From: a virus
Length of the DNA: 49,399 nucleotides
Virus record (IMG/VR): IMGVR_UViG_3300041402_000217
Coordinates: 1 to 49,399 of that record
Reading direction: 5' to 3' (one strand)
Shown here piece by piece: positions 1-9,514 of the stretch. Positions within the stretch are counted from its first letter, which is position 1. The number at the start of each line of letters is the position of its first letter. The position numbers and the translations under genes were made by a program. The notes under the pieces are model-generated. The model ran no database searches and was not told where the DNA came from. It saw only the letters and a program-made list of their open reading frames with translations.

Positions 1-127
1 CCTTTAATCTCGCTCCGCCTTTTCGGAATCTACGTTCTTCTTTGGCGGCAGTCTCCTGTTCCTCTGTGGCTTGGCGTTCAGCGAGTTGAGCATTGTATTC
101 GTCCCATGCGGCTTGACTTCTTCCCGC
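1..127. repeat. Terminal direct repeat copy 1, identical to 49273-49399 (overlap of a circular or terminally redundant assembly)
   Basis: Read by eye: bases 1-127 (cctttaatctcgctccgcc...cttgacttcttcccgc) recur exactly as the last 127 bases of the window. Confidence 0.95.
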
Positions 128-208
128 TGCCTCGGCTTCTCTGCCTGCCTGTAAAGAACCCGCTACGCCTACGCCTACGCCTACTGCTATTAAAACTGCT
201 GGCGGCAT
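1..208 (-). CDS. N-terminal part of a junction-spanning small virion protein (T7 gp14 position), Gly/Val-rich hydrophobic start MPPAVLIAVGVGVGVAG
   Basis: ATG at 208-206 is preceded by AGGAGA. The ORF runs off base 1 and continues in frame from 49272 to the stop at 48956 (525 nt, 174 aa once the 127-nt overlap is removed). Confidence 0.7.
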   Translation of the reverse strand, partial: MPPAVLIAVGVGVGVAGSLQAGREAEAAGRSQAAWDEYNAQLAERQATEEQETAAKEERRFRKGGARLK

Positions 209-219
209 AATATTATCTC

Positions 220-399
220 CTATAATTCACTGGCCAGGCTATCAGTAGTTCGGCCCGACAATCTTCTCCGCCTGCCAAACAGACGGTCTTTTGTTTTCGT
301 TATAGACTGGGTTGATTCCGGCAATAAATTCAACTGGCGCGAAGTATGCGTAAGCCGACCAAACGCTCTATCCAACGGGCCCATTCCACCTAAGGGCAT
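220..399 (-). CDS. Hypothetical small basic protein (59 aa, below the ORF-track cutoff)
   Basis: Hand translation MPLGGMGPLDRAFGRL...DSLASEL. ATG lies 5 nt after the stop of the upstream gene. Its TAG stop sits inside the AGGAGA site of the next gene. Confidence 0.4.
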   Translation of the reverse strand: MPLGGMGPLDRAFGRLTHTSRQLNLLPESTQSITKTKDRLFGRRRRLSGRTTDSLASEL

Positions 400-403
400 A
401 ATG

Positions 404-862
404 TTACTCCCTAATTATCGACATTAAAAAACAATCTACTAAACTACCATCAGGGTCCGGCATATACTTACGCCGTTTGCCCTCGACCTTAAACCCTAAA
501 AATCGGGCATAACTCAGTCCCGGCGCCCAGTCGCAGCGGGGCGAAATCTCAGTCCTCTTCAAATCGTTGCTCTCAATCATTTCATGTAACTTCGCTTTGG
601 CTAATTGCGGGTCTATATGCTTGGCGCCTATGCCCTCCGGCATAACTACCCACGCCTCGCCAAAACCTTTCCAGTGTATTACTATCCCACCGCAACCGAC
701 AATCACGCCGTTTAGTACCCCCGTCCACGATGGGCCGTTTTTCATGTTGTGTCGCAACCATTTTTCGTAGTCCTTATGACCTTTAAGTCCTTTCTGGTTG
801 GGCTTGTCTTTTAAGGAAAGGCCGTCTTCGAACTTGAATTGTCTAAATATCATTTCAGCCAT
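404..862 (-). CDS. GNAT-fold (acetyltransferase-like) protein at the T7 gp13 / internal virion protein A position
   Basis: 152 aa. GNAT-like C-terminal pattern (...SYARFLGFKVEGKRRKYMPDPDGSLVD...). Sits between the nozzle-like gene and the internal virion protein genes, and its ATG overlaps the upstream stop. Confidence 0.5.
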   Translation of the reverse strand: MAEMIFRQFKFEDGLSLKDKPNQKGLKGHKDYEKWLRHNMKNGPSWTGVLNGVIVGCGGIVIHWKGFGEAWVVMPEGIGAKHIDPQLAKAKLHEMIESNDLKRTEISPRCDWAPGLSYARFLGFKVEGKRRKYMPDPDGSLVDCFLMSIIRE

Positions 863-3800
863 AGACTTTCAACCTCGCTGTAATTGACCTGACCGTCATC
901 GGCAGGGGTTGGTCCTGCTCTACGTAAACATCACCTTGAGTTCGGTATCCACTTTCAATCTTCTTAGACTTCTCGCCTGTAAATAACGGCGGCGGCTCTC
1001 CGGTTATATCGCCTACCTTGCGGAACGGGACAGTCAGTAACGTATCGCCCTCACTTAGGCCAACCCGCGCCCCTAAAGTCTTATCGAAAGATACAATCAT
1101 TTCATGGACCCTTATGGCCTTGCCCCTTATGTTAGTGCCCGGCACCGTTAATTTCATGGGCTGTACCTTCGATTTATAGGGCAGACCTATATGAACTTTA
1201 TTATAATAATCGGTCAAGGTAACAGCGCCGCTGCTCACTATTACATTGTCGTGGACCGAACCGTCGCCTAAGACCGAAACAGTCTTTCCCTCAAGGTGGT
1301 CGAGGCCGAAAAAGGCGTTTTCGACCTGCATAATCCTGCCCCTGACCGTGATAGTTACGGCTGTAGTAGTCGCCGTACCCTTCTTGGACATTGTAAACGT
1401 ATCGTCACCGATGGCCGTAATAGTTGTATCGGACGGTATGCCCGTGCCTGTTACAGTGCCTCTTGTTGCTAACTTGGCTATATCGGCGGCGCTTACGTTG
1501 GTTACGGCATAACTATCCCATTCGACATCACCGGTAACAGAAGACTCGAAAGCGGTATAATCAGAACCCAATGTACTCCAGTCGATGGAATCGAGTTTGT
1601 CTTTTAAAGCTACCGTGTCAGTAGCGGCGCTGGCGACGGTAAATACTTTATTATTGATTTCAACCATGCCCGGAACGCCTATGATTTTGACCTGGTCGCC
1701 GTTGCTGTACCCGTTAGCGACCGCCGTTACCACAGCAGGGTCGGCCTTGGTAATGCCCGTAATGGTAATAGCGTCACCGCCGTCGAAAGTAAGACCGGAA
1801 TCTACAAAGAAACAATCGGCCTGATCGCTGCCCCAGTCGCGGGGCATGAAATATTCGACATATCTCTTGGTATCGCCGTCTATCGTACGATTGACAATTA
1901 TCCACACTTCGTCCTCACTGACGCCGGGAATGACAGCTACGTCCTCTACCAGGCCATCGGTTACTACATTGAACCACCCCCAAACCTTTTCGCCCGGCTC
2001 GAACGTCATGCCAATAAGATTGCCATTACCCAACACGCACCACAAAACCGGCTCAGGTTGTTGCTGGTAGGCCATACTGACTACCCCGCTCTTGGTGATA
2101 TGGTTGGCTAACGTAGTATAATCCGGCGCATCATAACCCCCGGACTCGCCCCGGTCGAAAATATATTGCGCGCCCCTGACGGACTTGCCCTCACTCTGGA
2201 CGAATAAAACTATGTTCGCTAACATTATCGCCTGAATATCTTTACTGCCGTAAGTGGTCTGTATTCGTGGCATTATGGGATTACCGGGAGTAAGCGGGCC
2301 GTCTGTATCGAATGATCCTAACTTCCATTCCGCGCCGGCAGTACCTAATAACAAGACCTCTTTCGATATTAACCACCTGACAGCATTCATTTCATTAGCA
2401 GCAAGTGAATACGAAATAGAGTCGTCATCGAGTATAGAATCGGTCCTGAAGTTCTCCCAATCATCGGTCCTGCTTCCCTTTATGCTGTGCGGCTCAAAGG
2501 TCGTACCGCCTGTCATCAACCGCTCTTCGTGGAACGTGGCACTTGAAGGATACCCTCTTTCGTCCGACCACGAACCTTCGGACCACAACTTCGTGGCGCT
2601 CGTAGAACCTATGGCCCTTATAGTCGTTCCGATGGCCGCTGTTGCGCTCGTGACACTCGTTATCCTGACAATGCCGTAATGATAGAAACGCTCACACGAT
2701 AAAGTAACTGTAGGGTCTTTACCGGCTGTATCAACAGTCCTGCGCATCCGAAGATAAGCGTCGCCTGATTCTTCTTCTCCTATAATAATAAAATCTTTAT
2801 TCCCTGCCGACTGGACAGTCTCTAATATGTGCCATCCCTCGTATCGAGGCCACGTCGCCGCGGTATCTCGGCTATTGGCATCTTGATTACTGAGCACTTC
2901 GCCGTCTGTGAAACTGCCGGACAACTGCTTGATGGTGTAATGTGTAGTATCTGTTGCCGAGACAATAACACAAGTTTCCTCGCTTGTTGCGCCGGTAATA
3001 ATATCGTCTTTCGCCCAAGCCCCACTTGCAGGCGCTGCATCGAGGACCAGTGTGAGCAACCCGTTGTAAGAGCGTTCGAGAACGAGCGTTCCTATCCATG
3101 CGTTGTTGGTCGTATAATCAGTTCTGGCTTTGTACGAACCCTTAACATCAACTAATATATCAGTTACCCCCTCTGCCGCGTAAGAATCGGCGGCATCACC
3201 CAAAACTATCAAGGTAGCGATGTCAGTTAATTTTTTTGTGATGTTATTATTCGTCCTGTTGTGTTTAATCAGCCAATATGAATCAACATGGCCAGGCGCA
3301 AATATCGCCGAAGTCGCTGTCAGTGTTACCGTTCCTGCTGTTGCAGACGGCGTTATAGTCGTAGGCGAACCGTTCTCGGTCATAAACGGCGGCCAGTCGA
3401 AATCGATACTATCCAGCTCCCATGCATTGTGAGCAAGCCTGGACAACTTTCGGGGATTATAACCGGAATGAAAACTGTACATCACGTCCGCCGACTGGAT
3501 ACGCTGGAGGCCGAATAAATCATCCTCTGAATAGGGGCTGGTTATCTCGTAAGCCGAAGTACTGTAAAGGCTTGCGATTTCAGAAGCACTCAGGACATCA
3601 CCGAATAAAGCGATATTGTCTAATTTGTCAGCCCATACTTTCTCTATCACTCCGCCCGCAGAAAATTGCGCGCCCATTCTCGGCGCTGCGCCTGTGTCCT
3701 CCATCGCGGAATAAGTCGCAAGATTAGTTGCCGTTACATCTACGGCGATTCCGTCAACATACATAATTATATCGTCCGCCGCTGCGTCACCACCGTCATT

Positions 3801-5288
3801 TTGGCCGTTATAAGTTACCGCCACAAACCGCCAGCCAACATCTAAAGCATTGTCAGATAATGCCGAAGGATAGACTGTATTTAATTCCTCAATTCCATCG
3901 CCATCATTGTACAAGGCAGTAACTTCGGGAGCGGTAAGCTCTCTACCAAAAACCATAACATTATCTATTTTGCCCTCAGCGTAATTTCCGCCATGTTCCA
4001 TAAGTCCGATATAAACATCGTGTGCGTTACCGTGCATAGCCGTATAACCACCAGCCTCTTCATCGGCATCATCTACGGCAGTGCCGTTCAAATACAACGT
4101 GATCCCCGCAGATACCTCGGTTGCATCATAAGTCGCTACAACGTGAATCCACGAACCCTGTTGCGCGGTCAAGGCCGCCGCATCGTATTTCCTGCCTATA
4201 CGATTACCTTCCGCATCGTCATGTAAATTGAGAACCAACTTATCATCAGCGCCAACACGGAATCGCCATTCTTCGCCACTATCGTTATATTTACATAATA
4301 TCGGAAAATCGGTGGCATCGGCCATATTTATCCATGCGCTTATCGAAAACGGACTGTCGTCGGCGCCATCACCGAACCTGAAATCAGCGTGGTCATCTAT
4401 TTTGACACTATCGTCTGACCCGTCAAGATCGAAAGCATTGTTTACTTTACCTGCAACGCTGTGGTCGGATGTATAGTTGTTGTCACCGTCAGCCAGTGTC
4501 CCGTCGTGACTTCCTGTCGCATCATCTACAACGGCATTAGCAGCGCTGTCGTTTAACTTCCAGTGAGCTATAAGAAGGTCTGAGTCCAACAAAAGACTCT
4601 CATCGGCAATACATAATTTGAGTTTACGAGATGAATCCAAAAGCAATTTCCACTCCCTCGCCTGTGAACCGATAGTCTCGTCCCATTTCGATAATATAAC
4701 CTGTTCTGCGCCCGTATTCTTGACATACGCCCAGCCCGCAATACTGAAATCTCCGTCAACCCCTTCAACGAAAGTAAAGTCGGCGTGGTCCGTCATAGTA
4801 ACGACATTAGTGCCGTCGAAATCAAAACTTCCCGTACCCACCTGGGCGTCAGCGTGTAGAACATCTGTATTGACGCTCGCTATCCCGTCGTGAGTATTAC
4901 CGTCGTCGTCTAAGACCGCTGTATTAGTTGTGTCATCGTTTAACAGCCAATGCGCTATGATATTATCAAGTGCGCCCAAGTCTTCCGTGCCGGCTCCGCC
5001 AAGTATCTGCCCCCTGTCCCTGTAGAATCTTAAATACTCATCCCCGGCCTCTAAGATATAAGACTGAACCGTAGAATATTTAAACGGCAGCAATCTTGTA
5101 GTCTTGGAGTTGTCTTTGACCTCGCCGACGTAATAAGTGCCCGGCCTGCGGTCAGCAGGGCCGTACCGGGTTGGAAACATATTATCTAAGACCCGGCAGG
5201 CGGAGTAGTACTTCTCAAGGTCAGACCGACCATCGAGGTTAGGTGCGAATACTCCCGCGTTAAAAGATTGTACAATTAAATCAGCCAT
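855..5288 (-). CDS. Large tail nozzle / tail tubular protein B-like protein carrying a nested pair of LamG (Laminin_G_3) domains
   Basis: 1477 aa. The N-terminus (F.AG..AP.L.GR.DL.KY......N..P...GP...RPG) resembles podovirus nozzle/gp12-type starts. LamG signatures HW.LND...D..G.HDG and ...LSASEIASLY occur at aa 105-576. Gene position matches T7 gp12. Confidence 0.55.
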   Translation of the reverse strand: MADLIVQSFNAGVFAPNLDGRSDLEKYYSACRVLDNMFPTRYGPADRRPGTYYVGEVKDNSKTTRLLPFKYSTVQSYILEAGDEYLRFYRDRGQILGGAGTEDLGALDNIIAHWLLNDDTTNTAVLDDDGNTHDGIASVNTDVLHADAQVGTGSFDFDGTNVVTMTDHADFTFVEGVDGDFSIAGWAYVKNTGAEQVILSKWDETIGSQAREWKLLLDSSRKLKLCIADESLLLDSDLLIAHWKLNDSAANAVVDDATGSHDGTLADGDNNYTSDHSVAGKVNNAFDLDGSDDSVKIDDHADFRFGDGADDSPFSISAWINMADATDFPILCKYNDSGEEWRFRVGADDKLVLNLHDDAEGNRIGRKYDAAALTAQQGSWIHVVATYDATEVSAGITLYLNGTAVDDADEEAGGYTAMHGNAHDVYIGLMEHGGNYAEGKIDNVMVFGRELTAPEVTALYNDGDGIEELNTVYPSALSDNALDVGWRFVAVTYNGQNDGGDAAADDIIMYVDGIAVDVTATNLATYSAMEDTGAAPRMGAQFSAGGVIEKVWADKLDNIALFGDVLSASEIASLYSTSAYEITSPYSEDDLFGLQRIQSADVMYSFHSGYNPRKLSRLAHNAWELDSIDFDWPPFMTENGSPTTITPSATAGTVTLTATSAIFAPGHVDSYWLIKHNRTNNNITKKLTDIATLIVLGDAADSYAAEGVTDILVDVKGSYKARTDYTTNNAWIGTLVLERSYNGLLTLVLDAAPASGAWAKDDIITGATSEETCVIVSATDTTHYTIKQLSGSFTDGEVLSNQDANSRDTAATWPRYEGWHILETVQSAGNKDFIIIGEEESGDAYLRMRRTVDTAGKDPTVTLSCERFYHYGIVRITSVTSATAAIGTTIRAIGSTSATKLWSEGSWSDERGYPSSATFHEERLMTGGTTFEPHSIKGSRTDDWENFRTDSILDDDSISYSLAANEMNAVRWLISKEVLLLGTAGAEWKLGSFDTDGPLTPGNPIMPRIQTTYGSKDIQAIMLANIVLFVQSEGKSVRGAQYIFDRGESGGYDAPDYTTLANHITKSGVVSMAYQQQPEPVLWCVLGNGNLIGMTFEPGEKVWGWFNVVTDGLVEDVAVIPGVSEDEVWIIVNRTIDGDTKRYVEYFMPRDWGSDQADCFFVDSGLTFDGGDAITITGITKADPAVVTAVANGYSNGDQVKIIGVPGMVEINNKVFTVASAATDTVALKDKLDSIDWSTLGSDYTAFESSVTGDVEWDSYAVTNVSAADIAKLATRGTVTGTGIPSDTTITAIGDDTFTMSKKGTATTTAVTITVRGRIMQVENAFFGLDHLEGKTVSVLGDGSVHDNVIVSSGAVTLTDYYNKVHIGLPYKSKVQPMKLTVPGTNIRGKAIRVHEMIVSFDKTLGARVGLSEGDTLLTVPFRKVGDITGEPPPLFTGEKSKKIESGYRTQGDVYVEQDQPLPMTVRSITARLKVYG

Positions 5289-5332
5289 TTTCTTTAGCCA
5301 TAATTTCTTTTTCCAGTAAACACATTTTCCCG

Positions 5333-7573
5333 TTATTGATATAAAGCTACTTCGTCAATAACTAAAAGATGGTTATTGACTGTAGTTGTACTATGTAACA
5401 ATCTAACCTTGACTACCCCGCTATTTATATATGCGTCGTCGTCTACCACAAAGAAACTAAGATTCTCATTAAACTGGTCAACAGATTGGTCTCGAACCAT
5501 GCCGTATGTGTGCCATGTAGTTCCGTCGAAAGGCGCCACCTCAAGTTGGGCAAAAACGAAATGTGCGGCACTACCCTGATACCTCAATAATATCTGCACC
5601 CAATTAAAAGCGTGTACGCTGGTAAAATTTACCACCACATCGTTATTACCACCCGCAACCTCAGTCGCAGTGAACACAGTGCTGTCGTCATGGCTCTGTA
5701 ACCAAGCATCGTTTTGTCCAACTTCTGTAAAACCAGTCACGTCAACAGCACCAGCAGTATATTTAGTCCAGTTGATTCTTGCAGACCCATAAAAGGTCAT
5801 TATAGCCGTAGAACGATGAATGTCAATATAGCTACCACCATCCACATTACCCATCTTAACTTTGGCCAATGGCCCAACCGGAACAATCTCAACACTACCA
5901 GATGCAGATATGCGATTAGCACTTAATGTAAGATTAGTCGCAACATTGAGCGTGCCTCTATTAACAACATTACCTGTCGCTCCAGCACACGACCAATTCA
6001 AAACATCACTGCTGCCGGGGGTATTGCCGTATATGTGGGCTAAATCCGAAGCCCTTAATTCAAACGGCACAGCATTACTATAAAAGAACCTCGAAGCCGC
6101 AAGGCCCTGCTGAAAAAGAATCGCTCCATCAGGATTACCGCCACCGTTTGTCTCACACGTTATTAAAAACTTACCTGCCGTTGTTCCTTTTATATCCACT
6201 CCCAAATCTAAGCCTGCTGTATTTATAGTATGTGTGTTAGACTTAAGTGTTCCTGTAGTTGTCAAGTTCTCATCATCAAAACCTATCTCACCACTTGATG
6301 CGGTTATTTTTAAATCGCAAGCACCTACAGTGCTTATTACTGGAACGTGGGCAACAGTGTTAAGTTGTAAATAGTCATCCTCGTCATCGTCTGATATTAA
6401 AGTTAAAGTACCAGCCGTCCCTATTTTAATGCTTGATACCCCATTAGTTATCCCTGCAGATGTAAGTTGTGTATTTGTGGCTAAAAAAGTTGCTGCTTTT
6501 ATAACTTCACCGGCACAATCGATTATATTATCTGTAGTATCAATAGTCAATGTGCCAGTAACAGTTATAGACGCATCATTGCCAAGAACCAGGCCGGCAA
6601 ATGTCGGGCTGTTTCCTGTACCCAAATCAAGCGACGATCGCACAGTATTGCCGTTTTCAGCAACCCAATTAGAACCATCCCCAACTATAAAATTACTGTC
6701 AGTAACAGCCAGGGCGGCTATGTCGTCTAACTGTGCATCCCACGCCTGTACGTCTGTTCCTATCTCCAGATTGACCGTAGCCTTAAATGTGGCCTCGTCT
6801 GCATCATCGAGGATAGACCGGGCAAAAGCCGTTATCGCCGTCTCGGCCCAAGTGTCTTCGCCCGTGGTATAAATCATTTTATCTGCGGCAGTGCCAAGCA
6901 GGGCGATACTCGTTAGCGTGGCATCCGAAGGCTGATAATTACTATCGGCATAATTCGTCCACATCGCGCCATCATAACGAAGGATATGCCCGGCGACGGG
7001 ACCGGTAATCGTTACATCGCTAAGGTCGGTTAATTCTTCAGGAACAGTACCAAGTCCAAGCTCTTCTGAAACGAGAACAGCTATAGCCGACGAACTTATA
7101 TTAGCCAGATTAGACCCGCCCGCGTTCCAGCCGATAAACTCATTAGCTGCCGGTTCGGGGAAGGTTATATCAGTGGTTGAGGACGATGTTAAAAACTTGG
7201 GGCAACGGTCGAGTTCGTCCTGCATCTGTAAGTCCCTCATTACACTGCGGTCGAAATCCGCTAAATGCTGAGGCCCGGTATGGTTGTCGTTGTAAATCCA
7301 TTCAGTCTGCTGGGTGAGTTCTATATGCCTGATGATAAGAAGTTTACCGGCAGCCAGCGGCGCAGTGTATCCGTCCGTACTGGCAGAGCCGCCGTCGTCT
7401 GTAAAAACTATACCATAATCCGTATCGAGGACAAGCTGGGCGTACTCGCCGCCAGCAGGTTCATACCAAACTTGCGCTTCGGTATTGAGATGGATGAGCA
7501 TGTTGAAGTCAAACTCGACAACTATGCCGTCGCAAGTCAACTCCGTGGTCCTGTTGTCCTCTGAGGTTATCAT
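5333..7573 (-). CDS. Tail fibre / tailspike with a gp17-like N-terminal anchor, a repetitive beta-rich shaft and a C-terminal carbohydrate-binding-like domain
   Basis: 746 aa. The N-terminal 120 aa is paralogous to the 176-aa protein at 42410-42940 (DG..V.FDF.F...DY...GG...LTQ...D...L..QE). ATGA overlap with the upstream gene. Confidence 0.65.
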   Translation of the reverse strand: MITSEDNRTTELTCDGIVVEFDFNMLIHLNTEAQVWYEPAGGEYAQLVLDTDYGIVFTDDGGSASTDGYTAPLAAGKLLIIRHIELTQQTEWIYNDNHTGPQHLADFDRSVMRDLQMQDELDRCPKFLTSSSTTDITFPEPAANEFIGWNAGGSNLANISSSAIAVLVSEELGLGTVPEELTDLSDVTITGPVAGHILRYDGAMWTNYADSNYQPSDATLTSIALLGTAADKMIYTTGEDTWAETAITAFARSILDDADEATFKATVNLEIGTDVQAWDAQLDDIAALAVTDSNFIVGDGSNWVAENGNTVRSSLDLGTGNSPTFAGLVLGNDASITVTGTLTIDTTDNIIDCAGEVIKAATFLATNTQLTSAGITNGVSSIKIGTAGTLTLISDDDEDDYLQLNTVAHVPVISTVGACDLKITASSGEIGFDDENLTTTGTLKSNTHTINTAGLDLGVDIKGTTAGKFLITCETNGGGNPDGAILFQQGLAASRFFYSNAVPFELRASDLAHIYGNTPGSSDVLNWSCAGATGNVVNRGTLNVATNLTLSANRISASGSVEIVPVGPLAKVKMGNVDGGSYIDIHRSTAIMTFYGSARINWTKYTAGAVDVTGFTEVGQNDAWLQSHDDSTVFTATEVAGGNNDVVVNFTSVHAFNWVQILLRYQGSAAHFVFAQLEVAPFDGTTWHTYGMVRDQSVDQFNENLSFFVVDDDAYINSGVVKVRLLHSTTTVNNHLLVIDEVALYQ

Positions 7574-8160
7574 ATTCTACCTGCATCTCTCCAACTTTGT
7601 TTGCCCCGCTCTACATATCTTTCACCGGCGTCCTGGGCTTTCGCCTGTTGCAACACCACGGTTTCAAGATACTCAATCAACTCGATACGTAACTGGTTGG
7701 TCTGCTGTAGCGGGAAACTCAATTTAATAGCCAACTGAGCGGAAATCGCCTCGGCTAATAACGGGTCGAACTCGTTAGTATCGATAATCCTCTTGGTGTA
7801 AATCAACTCACAGGCAGAGGCGTTCGTATAAATAGCCCTGCCCTCTTTCTTGTACTCCGTCTGACCGTCGTTAAACTGCCTGATGAACAAACACCACGGG
7901 TTAGAGGGTAGCTGAAAACGATAAGCTTGTTTGTAACTGAAAGCATCAGGATCATAATCGCTGTCAGATGCTATTACTTTAGTGTGCTTGGCGCAACCCC
8001 ATTCGTGTCTTACCAGGATTTCATCTACTGCGGGATTGTAAAACAAATTACATAACCGAGAGGTTTCGCTGCCCTTTTCAATCGGGAATACCGACGTTAC
8101 AGGGTCGGCGCCCACCATACCAAGCCCTATATTGCATATATCAGCTATTGACCTTGACAT
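7570..8160 (-). CDS. Tail tubular protein A (T7 gp11-like adaptor)
   Basis: Start moved to ATG 8160 (AAGGAG 8 nt upstream), giving 196 aa. Pattern IADICN.GLG.VG..PV.S......S....C...Y......IL....W..A matches the gp11 family by eye. Confidence 0.7.
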   Translation of the reverse strand: MSRSIADICNIGLGMVGADPVTSVFPIEKGSETSRLCNLFYNPAVDEILVRHEWGCAKHTKVIASDSDYDPDAFSYKQAYRFQLPSNPWCLFIRQFNDGQTEYKKEGRAIYTNASACELIYTKRIIDTNEFDPLLAEAISAQLAIKLSFPLQQTNQLRIELIEYLETVVLQQAKAQDAGERYVERGKQSWRDAGRI

Positions 8161-9511
8161 CAGATAACTCCTTTGGTAAACAACATTCATCGAACACGGT
8201 CTTCATTTCAGTTAGCCTTGCGTGCTCGCACTTAATTGACGGGTCGCACCATAACTCAAAATTATATTGTTTGGCTTTTGCGGTAAAGAATAAATCCTGG
8301 CCTAACAGTAACGCGCCGGGAGCGAATACATCCTGATACCAGGGATAGCCCATTGTTTCCAGAACGTGCCGCTTAATTAAACAAGTAGTCCCCCCGAAGT
8401 GGTGCGCCCTGAATAATTCGCTTGGCAATTCGGCATACGGTATAGCGTTAAAGACATTATCGCAGGTCTCATCGGGGTCGTACTTCATTACCGACCAGAC
8501 CGGCTCGCCTCTATATATGGGCGTAGCACCGACGATTATATCCTTATCATGGGCAAGCAGTCTTTCTATCGCATCCACAGGCGGCAAAACGTCTTTATCT
8601 ATAAAGAAAACGTGGGTAACTCCGGGCAAGTGCTCTAACGTCTTGTGTATTACGTTGTTTCTACCGAAAGAGGCGAAACGGGTAGGCTCGTACAGAGCGA
8701 TCATGTTAGGTTTTCGTTTTTGGTACTCTATCCACAGGCAGGTTTGAACGTCAATACCTCTGTTGTAGGGGAGCGGGGCACCGATAACGATGAAATTGTC
8801 ATCCTTGCATCTCTGAATCTTGCCCTGGGCCGCCTTTATATCCATCCCCGCTTCCTCTTTCTTTACCTCGACCTTTACCTGACCTGTGTCATACGGCACC
8901 ATTATTTCGTTCTTTTTTAGAACTTCCTCCGGCTTTGGAACGTCCGCCCTGTTTATCCCGTCCGCCCTGTGCCAGTGATAGACATACACCCCACACATAA
9001 GACCGACCTTATGGCCTTTGTCCCGCAGGTCAAGATGCAAGAGATTGTCGATTCCCGTAAGACGGTTCGGTTCCATCAGCCTGAAAGGAACTTCTTTCCA
9101 TGCCGATTTCTTGTACAGAATCACTACCCCGCTAAGGGGGCTTTTGTCAGGCGGGGCCGGTAAATCAGAGCAGGTCGTTACATCTACCACCTTAACGCCG
9201 TTGTCCGCCTGAAATTCAGCGCCTATCTTCCTGTGATAAGCTATGTCATGGTTGATGTTATTGATACCCATTGGTATCTGCCAGTCCGCATACGCCCTGT
9301 TCACAGATGACGTTAAGCAGGAATATTCGGGATTCGCCTCGATAATTCTCTCCATTTGGGGATACCAGTCCGACGCAGTGAACATAGCGTCATGGTCTAT
9401 AAAGCATGCCCAATCGTCGTCATTCGGCAATAGGCGCATAAATTTATTATAGGCCCAGGCCAAGTCTCTTTCGTGCTCCTTTGGAGCGTAAGCAATAAAT
9501 GTGTAAATCAT
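8141..9511 (-). CDS. Two-domain GT-A fold glycosyltransferase (GT2-like x2)
   Basis: 456 aa. The first domain has the DxD-like FIDHDAMF, the second has FFIDKDVLPP ... IVGATPIY. The two halves have similar GT-A layout. Confidence 0.6.
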   Translation of the reverse strand: MIYTFIAYAPKEHERDLAWAYNKFMRLLPNDDDWACFIDHDAMFTASDWYPQMERIIEANPEYSCLTSSVNRAYADWQIPMGINNINHDIAYHRKIGAEFQADNGVKVVDVTTCSDLPAPPDKSPLSGVVILYKKSAWKEVPFRLMEPNRLTGIDNLLHLDLRDKGHKVGLMCGVYVYHWHRADGINRADVPKPEEVLKKNEIMVPYDTGQVKVEVKKEEAGMDIKAAQGKIQRCKDDNFIVIGAPLPYNRGIDVQTCLWIEYQKRKPNMIALYEPTRFASFGRNNVIHKTLEHLPGVTHVFFIDKDVLPPVDAIERLLAHDKDIIVGATPIYRGEPVWSVMKYDPDETCDNVFNAIPYAELPSELFRAHHFGGTTCLIKRHVLETMGYPWYQDVFAPGALLLGQDLFFTAKAKQYNFELWCDPSIKCEHARLTEMKTVFDECCLPKELSDVKVNS

Positions 9512-9514
9512 ATT

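Noticed and set aside
161-184. Hexanucleotide tandem repeat (gcctac x3 plus one degenerate unit)
   Set aside because: It simply encodes the (Gly-Val)n hydrophobic start of the junction-spanning protein. It is too short to call a functional repeat or contingency locus.
1246-4893. Many 60-150 aa plus-strand ORFs inside the 1477-aa nozzle gene (for example 1246-1512, 2254-2679, 2829-3155, 3422-3727)
   Set aside because: They are antisense to a long, motif-supported minus-strand gene, have no SD sites and show low-complexity, odd composition. They are typical shadow ORFs.
855-7573. Diversity-generating retroelement, suggested by BPP-1-like capsid and cement proteins and lectin-like tail domains
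   Set aside because: There is no reverse transcriptase ORF anywhere in the genome, and I saw no template/variable repeat pair near the fibre or LamG regions.
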